Positions 51,132-62,080 of a stretch of 64,000 nt of DNA are shown one piece after another. Made by a program: the position numbers and the translations under genes. The notes below the pieces were generated by a model. It made no database searches. It saw only the letters and a program-made list of their open reading frames with translations, and was not told the origin of the DNA. The stretch is from contig JBHGNT010000003.1 of NCBI GenBank assembly GCA_043228905.1, forward strand, positions 24,490,001 through 24,554,000, read 5' to 3'. The stretch comes from Azolla caroliniana (Eukaryota > Plantae > Polypodiophyta). Each line of letters begins with the position of its first letter. Position 1 is the stretch's first letter.

Positions 51132-51316
51132 GCACAAAAGACTTTCTATTCGATAAAAACAATAATACAACCAACCTTACTAAAAGGTTACAAGGTCACT
51201 ATATATAGTGACCGACTTAGGGCAACTACCCTTTATGCTAATTACACAAATGGCCCAAGCTTGAGCTATACAAAAGGGATAGTGTGAATACGTCCATTAT
51301 ACACTTGTATTCGACA
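48994..51316 (-). mobile_element. Young non-autonomous Ty1/copia deletion derivative (2.3 kb)
   Basis: 308-bp LTRs 48994-49301 and 51009-51316 differ by 1 substitution. TSD AGAAA. PBS TGGTATCAGAGC on the minus strand (50995-51006) and PPT at 49302-49309. The internal region has the Gag N-terminus fused to the RNase H C-terminus. Confidence 0.95.
49748..50317 (-). CDS. Truncated copia Gag (N-terminal/UBN2-type region), 189 aa
   Basis: KFDGSNFNFWKEQMQDYL, LWKTLSDTYEK and LMSSLPSSWETFV. It lacks the CCHC knuckle and the last ~7 residues are read out of frame across the deletion junction. Confidence 0.8.
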   Translation of the reverse strand: MMASTSGSSEMSLRKFDGSNFNFWKEQMQDYLIVKGQIDPIKNEEPPEGYKPIEWQKLDRIVRATIRMHLLESVYFTVQSCTTAFELWKTLSDTYEKKVAATKMFLIRRLYNLRMKESDSVQAHLNEYESISSQISSQGTAIEDELRAMILMSSLPSSWETFVTTVCNASTTAVKYSEVTSAHVSASRP

Positions 51317-52641
51317 AGAAATACTAAAGAAAGACCCAGACGCCCGTTTTATGTGGGTGAAAGCCCTCACTAGCAAGGACCAGGTGATATTTATAGTCGT
51401 GTGTTACTTCCCCCCGAAAGGATCCCGGTATAATATGGCTGGAGAGGCAAGTATAGTTGATGAAGAACGCCGCATGGGCCTTCTCTATAAGAACCTTTAT
51501 CGGATGACATAATCTGATATTCTTCTCAAGGGTAAGTCTTCCTTGTAGGAGATTTCAATGCGAGAACCCAATCCCGACAATGCACAATATTTCAGATGGA
51601 TAGAAACCTCAAAATGGTGAATGTCGACCCTTTAGACTTAGACATAACGCGTACATCAAAGGATCAAGGTGCGAACGCCGCAAGCTTTGGCCATCATCTT
51701 CTTGAACTTGGAAGCCGACACCAGATGATCATATATAATGGCTTAGCCAAGTGGTCGGGCTTGGAAGCGCTCACATGTTCCCCACATGGAGGAGGGGAAA
51801 GCACAATTGATTACCTAATAGGACGCCCTGAAGCTACCCACCTGGTTAACTCCTTCCGGGTGGCCACATGCCCCATTGGTGCAGACCATAGCTTCCTATA
51901 CTTTGAGCTAAAATGCGACACCTCCCATGCCACCAACTCTAGTCAACCAAACCATCACACCATAATACATTTCACGCATGAGCTCGCTGACATCTACTCT
52001 CGACATGTTCAAGCCCATCTCTCCTCTTTTGATTCTTCCTTGCCTTTAGAGAACCTCACTACAGAACTCGCACAGACCCTTCACTCAACAGCAATTAGTA
52101 GCTTCCCATACACGAAACACTTCAATCATAGTAGAATAGGGTCTATGCCACAGAACAAGTGGTATGTCGCGACTTAGTGGTATTATTTCCTCAGTATAGG
52201 CTCGAAAAGAGATGCGCAAGATGACACGTCGTAAAAGATGAGCTTGGGAAGTATCCCAATATTGGGAACTCTACCATATACTCATGAGTAGGGATTGCGC
52301 CCTTGCCTGGAAGAGACTACGAGAACCGCGACCACAAACGCCCATCGAGGATCCCAATATTTGGCACACATATATCAAAAGACTCTACCATGTCCCGAAC
52401 CAACCACCCATCCCAATGCCTTCCACACCCCAACCTAACATGGGGATACTTTTCACGACATCTAGGGTCACGAAGGTCATAAAAAAATTACAACATAGGA
52501 AATCCATGGACCACACAGTATTTCGAGCCGAGCACATCATATATGCTCGAGAGTGCCTAGCCCCCTTTCTCACTCTAATCTTCAACCGCGCCCTCGCCGA
52601 GGGTTTTCCACTACAATGGACCATGAACACATTGGCCCCTA

Positions 52642-53254
52642 TGTTGGGATTTCGGTCCCTCCGGATGGGATGTCCGGAGATGAATGACAGCAAGCCCGGT
52701 TGTGGTTACGGAGCCGGATGATGAAGACCCCGGCTACGGAGCCGGATGATGAATACCCCGGCTCCCGAGCCGGATGACGAATGTACCCGGAGAGAGATCC
52801 GGATGCGGGGACATATTTGTGAATATGTTTGCCAAGAGCCCTTGAGGCTATATTTGTAAATAGCCCGAAAGTCATATGTGTATAAATATGACTTAGGGCA
52901 AACAGTTTATGTTGCTGCTCATTTTTCTGTTTTCCACAAAAGAGGGAGCGAAGTGAGAGCAGCCGAGAGAGAGTGAGAGAGAAAGAGGAAGGAAGAGGTC
53001 GACGCCTCTGTGTAATACCGCCGCCTGTGGCGAGGACAGCGAGCTCAAGGTCGTCGCCTTGCAGCTCGCCATTGTACATTCCCGAGTATAGTGATAGTTG
53101 GAGTCTTGCACTCCCGTGGTTTTTCCCATTTAGGGTTTTCCACGTAAAACATCCAGTGTACCCTTCTCTCTATTGTTTTCGTGCATTGTTGTATTTCCCG
53201 TTTTCTAAGTGTTGATCCTATTCCTCGGTTGTGGCCGAGCACTGTTTTACAACA
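52642..53254 (+). mobile_element. Copia solo LTR (613 bp), same family as A/B
   Basis: TGTTGGGA...ACAACA termini with perfect TSD CCCTA. Shares the CCGGATGA repeats, AAGTCATAT..ATATGACTT and CTCGGTTGTGGCCGAG with the A/B LTRs. Removal restores LINE peptide NTLAPIRKGGDP. Confidence 0.93.
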
Positions 53255-56200
53255 CCCTATACGTAAAGGAGGGGACCCAATGGACCCAAATACATATAGG
53301 GCCATTATGATAGGTCATACGCTCGTTAAACTATATGGTGCGGTAATGGAAGCGGAGCTTAGCGATTATATGGAAACATTGAGTCTTCGAGCACCTGAGC
53401 AGGCTAGCTTTAGACGGGCCTTCTCCATTATTGACCATATCTTCACACTTAGGTGCTTAGTTGACCAGACAAAGGCTCATAAGAAGAAACTATATTGTTG
53501 CTTTGTGGACTTCCGCAAAGCCTTTGACACAGTTCCTAGGGAGAAGTTGTTTCATAGACTTAAGAGCTTGGAGATACCAAATGACATGATGTGGGCCATT
53601 TATGCCCTATATGAGCAAGTCTCTGGGTATGTAAGATGCCGAGGTGGCTTATCTGATTGTTTCACTAGCACCATTGGTGTAAAACAGGGTTGCCCCCTAT
53701 CACCGACTCTTTTTGGCATCTACATTGATGTGATCACTGATTTTATTGCTCGTAAGGGAGGCAAGGGAGTAGCTATTTGGGGATATGCAAGTTAGTCTCT
53801 TACTCTACACAGACGACATTGTCTTGCTCTCGGAGTCTGAACACGACCTACAAAAGCATCTTAATGCCCTAGTTGACTTTTGTACACAACGAGGACTGGT
53901 AGTGAATCTAGCGAACACTAAAGTCCTTATCTTTCATACATCGTCCCGAGTTAGGAGTAAATGTCACCTAATCCTCTCTCATAAACTAGTTGAGGTAGTT
54001 GGATCATATGTATACTTGGGAGTCATTTTTAGTGCTCTCTCAAGTAAATTCTCGATGACCCAGGCAGCCAAAGATAGGCTAACGAGAGGGTATGCATCCC
54101 TCTCACTCTTAGAGAGACAATGCCATCAGGCATACTTTCAAGAGCCACAGACTAAGGGATGGCTCTTCGACTCATTTGTGACCCCTTCCCTCATTAATGC
54201 ATCAGTAGTATGGGCTCTAGGTCTACCATCTTTCATGTGGACGCAATTAGAGAGACCTTTGGTGACGATGTATCACGTCAACTCCGAAGCAAATTGACAA
54301 TACCACTTGACATTATTAGAGCAGAGTTCAGTTTGCCCCCGATATTAGTAGAAGCATTGTTTCAAGTGGTAGTTTTTATTCATCGGATACATAGCCAACC
54401 ACAAGATAGGATATCCCGTCGAGCCTTTGAGGCATCTTGATCCCTACATGTGTCTGGAGACACTAGCTCTTGGTATAGCATTGTGGTGGGTTGGTTACTT
54501 GCAAACAGCATATACATTAATAACCTACCCCCTCTTAAGTACAACCATGGGACTGACTAAACTTTAATCTCATGAAGACTGTAATAAAGTGATACGCCAA
54601 GAAATATGGCAAATTTACACTCAATATAAATGGATCACCCCACGAGAGCCACTCCCATCTAAAATGTTGTACTATAAGGAACACTTCTTGCACTTCTCTC
54701 AGTTAGGTTTTATTACACGACCAAGATATCTAGATACATTCTTATCAAATGCACTAAGGGTTGCCATTGGACAACTTAGGATATCATCTCACCAACTTGA
54801 GATTGAGAATGGTCGGGCTAATAGAGTCCCTAGGGAGGAAAGGCTATGTAGGTTGTGCCACATAGAGATAGAGGATGAGTATCATTTCACATGCAAGTGC
54901 CCAACTTATGCCGAGATACGAGTGGAATACCAAGACATATTAGGACCCTCTCCCACCCTCTCCAAACTATTAGATACCCCGGATGTAAAGAGACTAGGTA
55001 GGTATATCTTAGAGCTAAAACAACATAGGGAGAATCAATTACAAAGTGTTAACCATAACCCTTTTACTATTCATCAACTTGTAACTAGTGTAATTTTTCA
55101 GGAACAAGGGGAGACGATGAATGTGGATACACTTACGCCGGTCGGCCTCTCTCTTGAGGAAGTCGAAACGCAAAGAACAACCAAATGCCCTCGGATGTTG
55201 GGCTTCAAAACAAGTCGACACGGAGTAGAAAGTATTAAGAAGATAAGGGAACGTGAGCTACGTCGACTAGAAGATATGGTTGGGGTACCTTTTACATTGG
55301 GGCCATGGGCCACATCCACATCGAAACCCTTTGAACTCCTGCTTCTCTTCGAGAGACTTGGATGGAAATGAAATTAGGCCTAGTATAACAGCATTTTCAT
55401 TGTAGAACATGTTTGTTATTTTATTTTACTAGAACTATTTAGCTTAAAACTCTATTTTTATTTTATATTTTACTTTCGATGAATGGGTAAATATCCCATT
55501 TTTTGTTGTAAACCAAATTTTGTCTCATGGGCTAATTTTGGCCTTAGAAGACGTTAATATATCTTTCGTTCTTTCTCATGCATAGGAAGTTTGGTTGAAA
55601 GTGATGAAAATACTAATGAAGAGCATGTTGGAAGGCTCCATATCTTTGGGATTTGCACATAATGGTGGAGATTGGAGAAGAAAGCATGAATATCAAGAAA
55701 CCTAGGTAGGCTAAAGGTGTTTTGTGTGCAAAGAAATAAATGCATTGTACAACCAGCTAGGTATTTACAAATTTGGTGTTCGAATAGGATGAGTGACATC
55801 TGCCCCACCATAGCGTCTATCACGTTATGGAACATTTGGAAATCTAGATGCAAAACAAGTCTCACGGGAGAAGAAAGTCGACCAAAGGAGACAATCATTA
55901 CTCTATGGTATGATCCGATTATGAATATACGAGCTCAATATGAAGAGTTGGAAGGATCTTCAGACACAGTGGAAATTGCAAGACTTTCCTTTCAAAAATC
56001 ATGGTCAGATTCGCCATTAGTGGATTATGTAGATGTCATGCCAAAGTGGTGTTTCACCACGCCAAAATGGTTATTTCCACTTTGGCAACCCAACCAGGAA
56101 GGTACATGGTATTTTTCTAAAATTTTACATGTTGTAGGATGATAATCACATATTGGGGTAACGTGGTTGAATGTCTATGATTACATTTCTATTGTACATA

Positions 56201-57300
56201 CCGGAGTGTAAAGACACTCTACCTAACTAATGGGAAGTATCTTTTTATAAATAAATAAAAGCATTCTTTTTATCTCTATTTACAATATATATTCCATGTG
56301 ATACTTGACCCTACTTATTTCCATAGCATTTTGGGTATAGTATTAAGAATTCCTTTATTGGAGAAAAAAAAATCATCTAAATATATGAGGTTCATATTTT
56401 ACTTTTTGTTTTCTAGTAGATTGAGACTTTAAAATATCCTAGTTCCTAATTCTCTTAAAAGCAAACGGACAAAAGATTTAATCGAAGTTTAAGAAAGATT
56501 TCACATACACTCCCTTCTTGAAACATACCTAATTAAATGAATTCAGAAAAACTAATAAGAAGAGACAAGCTCAAGTAGGGTAATCAACAAAATAATACAT
56601 GTTGGGTTGAGTGGCTGATATGGGTATATGACCCAAAAAAGCAACAACATTGGGATGATTGTAAAGGCACTGCTAGTGATGGTATTTTTGTGTATGTGAT
56701 GCAAATTAGAGAAAGAGGTGAACATGTGAAATAGGTGAGTGAATAAAGGTGTTATTATGTTAAGACAACAATTTAGATGGGAGATAACTCATTATACATA
56801 TGTTGAGAGAGAGAGGGAGAGGGAGAGGGAGGGAGGGAGAGAGAGAGAGAGCTTTAGTCTCCCCATCATATAAGATTGTGTTTAGTTGTTGAGGTTTGTG
56901 GTACAATTGAAGTATGAGAAGTGGAACTTGTTGGATACCACAACAGCAATATAGTTTGAAAGAAAGGTGTACAATTTTCACAAATGAGCTCTTCAGGCAC
57001 CTTGTCCTCGGAGGAGACCCCTTTATGTCACATATTCTTATAGCAAGTTAGAGCATTTACCAAACCATAAGATCATTGGTATTGTTGTTGGAATCATATG
57101 AATTTATTTATTTTCATGTTCTTTTAATACATACACATTATATTTGTGAAGAGAGAGAGTGATTAGATTTTTTTAGCATCCACGAGGAGGCCCATTTTTA
57201 GAGAGAGAGATTCTATTATTTTATGGTAGAAAAAGGAGATTCTATTATTGTCCTTGAAGGTCAAGATGACTTATAGGGCCAAAATTGAAACATTTTCATG

Positions 57301-57473
57301 CATAGTATGAACCATACGTACCATAAGTGCATTCGCATTTGCGAATGTTTCAATCATTCGCATAAGAAAAAAACAAAAAAAAAACACAAGAATGTTTGAA
57401 TAACATTCGCATTCGTTTTCCAACGTAGGAAAACGAATGTTATGCTAGACGAACATGAATTTTACATACTGTG
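57301..57473. mobile_element. Possible short MITE (hAT-type subterminal motifs)
   Basis: Ends CATAGTATG / CATACTGTG form a 9-bp inverted repeat with 1 mismatch. Several internal CATTCG/CGAATG motifs. No clean TSD found. Confidence 0.4.
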
Positions 57474-58572
57474 TAAATTTCATGTAATATGTGTGGAGTT
57501 GGGTACCAACCCATGATGTTCAAGAATTTTATTGATGAGCATTGCAATTGAGAGTGCGCAATGTTACCATGCATACATATATAGATTGGACTACATTAAC
57601 GATATGTGGAAAGCAAAAACGAATATGGTTGAAATGTTTCTACAGAGGGAGAGATGTGGCCAATAATAATGTCTCTTAACCTCTGCTTGCCAATGAGATT
57701 TATGAAGAGACTTCAAGTAAACCATTTTTCTCCTCTACTAAAAACTAAACAAAGTGAAACGAAGCGATTGAACTATATGAACTCTACCTACTAATATAAA
57801 TTAGTAGGTAAGCTTTATAGAAGTTAATCAAAGCAATATTTGCCCATGAAATAGGGTCAATAAAACTAAGTGCAGTCAATTTACAAATGTATTAAGAGAG
57901 AGGAAAGATAGAGAGGGCAATTGAAAAAAAGGTAATATAATACGAGGTCAAAATATAGACGGGAGGTTGAGAATGAATGCATTGCAACATATCTAGGATA
58001 TATTGGGGGAGATAGAGACGAAATATCGTAGGTTGAATGGAAAATTAATTTGGCAATGTTCGTTACTAAGCTGTGTGAGGCACCTTGTCCTTGACAAAGT
58101 TTCTTTTATGTTGGCTAGCTTAACAAGTACCTTAGAGGCTGGTTTACCTCACCTTGTATCCTCACTGGTATTGAAGACACGTGTTTTTTATATTGTCATG
58201 TTGTTTTAATATATACCTTGCTTTTACAGGAATAAAAAGAGCCAAAATAAGTGAAAATAAAAGTGAGAAAGAGTGAGATGTAGTGCAAACGATATAAATA
58301 AAAGAGGAGAAGAAAAGAAAATGAATTTTGAAAAAGGGTAGTGAAAAACAAATAACCACATTTATATCATACATGTAATGCCAAAGAAGCAAGGAGATCA
58401 TGTGCATGTGTGGTGATGAACAATGTGACTACGAACAATGTGGCTACATATACAGATGGCTACATAGACAAACATAATGTGAAGCGAATGTAGGTTCTTC
58501 ACAATCACACCGTGCTACACCTTTCAATCTTCTCTTAGCTTCCTCCATCTTGTTCTTGAATCCAAGCTCATC

Positions 58573-59283
58573 ATGATCCAATGTATATCAAATTCGTTCC
58601 TATGCTCTATCTCATGCATATTGTTTCTACTCCTTTGCTCAAATAATCAAATTCATTGTATTCTTGCTCATGATGTCCCACCTAGGAGTGTTGTTACCAA
58701 TATTAAGCTCAACATAAATAGGTACACAAATACTCACTTAAATAATATCTTGGATGTTCAAGAAGTGGACAATAACAATAAAGATTTGATTAGTACATTG
58801 CCAAAGAGTAGTTTTATTTCTGATGGCAATGTACAATTGAAGCAAGAAGTAGGAGACATTTACTCATTAGATGATGGATCAAAACCAAATGATGTTGTTG
58901 ATGCTTATATTGATGAGAACCATAATGCATTGTTGAGTGATGGAGTTAATGATGAAGAGGAAGAATATCATGATTTATCATCAATGGTTAATAGAAAGAT
59001 GGGGCTCCATAACAATGGTGGGAGATCCAAATTTTGTACATTTAAGCCGAGCATTTGCAAAGACACACATTCAACAACGGATACATGTTGTCAAGGCCAA
59101 TGTGTGTCTATAATCAATGATATCAACAATTGTGGGGAATGTGGGAAGAAGTGTGGTTTCATGGAGTCTTGTTGTAATGGCCAATGTGTGGACCTCTCTA
59201 CCAATTCTTCTCATTGTGGGAAGTGCAACAACTCATGTCCTTCCTCTGCACCATGTGAATTCGGAATGTGTGGCTACTACTAA
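58573..59283 (+). CDS. STIG1: Secreted STIG1-domain cysteine-rich protein, intronless, 236 aa
   Basis: Hydrophobic N-terminal signal-like segment, long Asn/Asp/Glu-rich middle region, and C-terminal C..CC..CV....D.NNCG.CGKKC....CC.G.CVD......HCG.CNN.C.....C.FGMC.Y pattern characteristic of the STIG1 family. The symbol denotes the family, not orthology. Confidence 0.9.
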   Translation: MIQCISNSFLCSISCILFLLLCSNNQIHCILAHDVPPRSVVTNIKLNINRYTNTHLNNILDVQEVDNNNKDLISTLPKSSFISDGNVQLKQEVGDIYSLDDGSKPNDVVDAYIDENHNALLSDGVNDEEEEYHDLSSMVNRKMGLHNNGGRSKFCTFKPSICKDTHSTTDTCCQGQCVSIINDINNCGECGKKCGFMESCCNGQCVDLSTNSSHCGKCNNSCPSSAPCEFGMCGYY

Positions 59284-60782
59284 CTTTTCTCTTGCTTCTC
59301 TTTCTGATAAATGTTACAAAACCCATGTTCATGGCCCTAGTGCATTTATAGCCCCATTCACAAGCATTTGAATCTCTCAAACTTTGGGTTGTGTGGTTAC
59401 TACTAACTTTTCCATCACCTCTTTTGTCCGACCAATCACAACTCGCCCTAGTGAACCCATGTCCACATCATTTTATTCTCGATCTCTGACATGTTTGTTT
59501 GTCGACTTCAAAGTGTCAACTCCAACTTCCCTTTATTTGCAAGAAAGCTCATGTTTGTCACCTTGAATGTCAACTAGGCTAGCCTTCCAAATCTATTAGA
59601 GAACTTTTTTTTTATATGATCAAGGTTAGACATCTTGGGCACCTTCTACGTTCATGTGTGTTGAAGCCTTAAAGGTTTCCCACCTATCATATTTGTTGAA
59701 GTCACATAGATCACTACTTTTCATGCATAGACATTAGTGTTGTACCGCCAACATTAATAGGTTGCATTTTTCGATTTATCAGCTTTTTTGGTGATCTACT
59801 ATGGTTCACACATCAACACCTATAACCTTCCTTGGTATTCACAACCTATCAACTCTTTTGAATGGACACATTTTCACAACAAATTCTCATATATATTATT
59901 CTACATACTCTCTCATGACACTCTCTACATGGAGTAATATTACATCATTGTATTTGTATCTATATGGTAATGCACTTCGTATGGTTGATCTCCACCAATA
60001 TCTCAGCCATTCACATGACCATGCATTCTTAAATTAGTCTTACTACTCAATCCAATAAACCTATTGGGCAAGGAATAAATGTATGACCAATATTTCCCAC
60101 CTTGTACATTCAACAAGAAGAAAGTGATCTCAATGTCACAATGTAAACATTTTGTGAGTAATAAATTGCAAGTTGAATGTTCACAAGTTAAAAAACTATT
60201 GCTTAGTAGCTTCTTATTGATTCCTGCAGTCTTATTGATTAAATTTTTTAAATCTGTCACATTAATTTAAGATGAACTATGAAGTTAGTTTTAAAGTATT
60301 GATTACATTCATATGCATTTCCTCTAATGTTAATTCTCATGCACAATCTGATTGGCATAATAGATTAAGTTCCTCATTTGGAATGTATTTTAGCTTCATT
60401 CCGGGTAAACCCCTCTGCCATAAGGTTGGTTGGTCTAATCATTATAGGGACATTGATGTGACTATGCATAGAATCTAGTGTTCTAGTAATTAGATAGGTC
60501 CACTAAGTTTTAAACAATCTTTTTCTACACATCAAGCTCAAGTAATAGAATAAAATCATTGAATTCTTAATCATTCCTGAAATCTGGTGTGTGGTTTTAG
60601 AACTTTTTGTACAACATTGATGTCTCATGATGTGGAAATGTTTAGGACCAGCTTTTTGGTGAACTGGCTTTTTTTTTCCTCGATGTCTTTACAAAATGCC
60701 CTCTCCCATCACCATGTTCATTGCATGCATAAATTGTGAACATCACTTTTTTTAACGATCAAAATTTAATGCTCTCATGGTC

Positions 60783-60787
<5 letters not shown>

Positions 60788-60828
<41 letters not shown>
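60788..60828. repeat. (GT)n microsatellite
   Basis: About 17 uninterrupted TG units. Confidence 0.95.
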
Positions 60829-62080
60829 GTCGTAGTTTGGAAGCAAAAGGATTCTCATTGTTTCTCTACGATATATCAATGTACCACAAGTTTGATGTTC
60901 ATTATAGTTATGGAAACATCCACAAGCCATAACAAATTTTGATGAAGGGGGTAGGAGGAAGTTTCGAGGAACTATCAAAGTACATGACATATATGATCTA
61001 TAGTGTAATGCTTGGGTAAATTTCTCCCTCTCCCAATACATTAGGCAAATTGGTGAAAACATTAGTTGTATGAACATTTATTTATTTAATTCTATTAAAA
61101 CATAGTTGGAAAAATTGCAATCCTCAAGATTGCACCAAATGAAAGGTTATACATCTCATGAAAATGTATGAATATGGCTGATGGCCCATATGTGTGTAAC
61201 CACTTGAGAATGTGATTAATGAAACAAATATATTTAATTGAATTGTAATTATAGTACCATATTGTGTAGAGTACATGTCATACTTATCAATACATCGTTA
61301 CTTATAAAAACTTTCGAACCTCAAATAACCAATTTGAGGTTTTAAGCATTTGTAAATTCCCAAATGATTCTCTCAACTAGTCATAAAGAGGTCTCTTGAG
61401 AAGCTTTTGATGCTCCTCATTAGAGAAACGTTCATGAATCATAACTCCAATTTGAGCAATCATTGGTGCATTGGTGTTTGAGAATCCTCTCAATACACTA
61501 TTTTAAGTGATAAATTTTATGATATGGTTTTATAAATGTTTACTTAAACATTTAGCCACCCGCCAATGCAAGCACTTTCTTACAAAGTCAAAATTTAGTC
61601 TACATTTTGCATAATGCAAAGATTGACATATATAATTGAAAGGGAGTTAGCTACCTAGTGAAAATATATCTTAGAGGCATGTTATCCGTTTGAACATGAA
61701 TATTTATATGGTTTATGCATATGGGACATGGTAAATCTCGTTCATCAAGCTAGTTCTTGAAGGAATAGTATGGGATGAGTAAATGCATGTAGCAAAGCTG
61801 ATTTTTGTGCCTCATCGTGAGCGAATGATTGATGCATATTTATGTCCTTGGTTTATTAATTATATTGATTTTATTTAATTGTACTAGATTGAAATTGATT
61901 TTCACCGGCACATAGAATTTAGGTTACTTTTGTTCACATGGCTTTAAAATGTGAATTGTTAGTCTTGTTGATCACCATTATTGCCTAACTTTTTTGTTTC
62001 ATGGAAATTTTCCGCGAGGTAGACTAACCTTGGTGTTCATTAAGAATGTTCTTGTTTGATTGTCTCCCTAGAGTAACATA

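Larger units (their letters stand above)
48527..55573 (+). mobile_element. RTEX-like non-LTR retrotransposon, 5'-truncated in ORF1, with APE-RT-CCHC ORF2 (decayed)
   Basis: TSD TCTCAT (48521-48526 and 55574-55579). ORF1 tail IYLDEDLTKMQIEHRK; APE motifs WNCNG, LVET, GSGGVAI, GDFNAR, TIDY and DH; RT motifs FVDFRKAFDTV, GVKQGCPLSP and YTDD; C-terminal LRISSHQLEIENGR..LCRLC..EDEYHF..CP.Y. The 3' end is a CTTT-like short-repeat tail rather than poly(A). Clade name is provisional. Confidence 0.85.
46140..56142 (+). mobile_element. Decayed L1/Tx1-like LINE acting as host of nested insertions
   Basis: RT motifs KAYDKVNW, RRGCPLS, FADD, NWHKSK and WYPHPNF at 46.1-46.7 kb. It resumes after the inserts as LWECSH|A*EVWLKV and ITLWNIWKSRC (55.6-56.1 kb). 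Confidence 0.85.
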
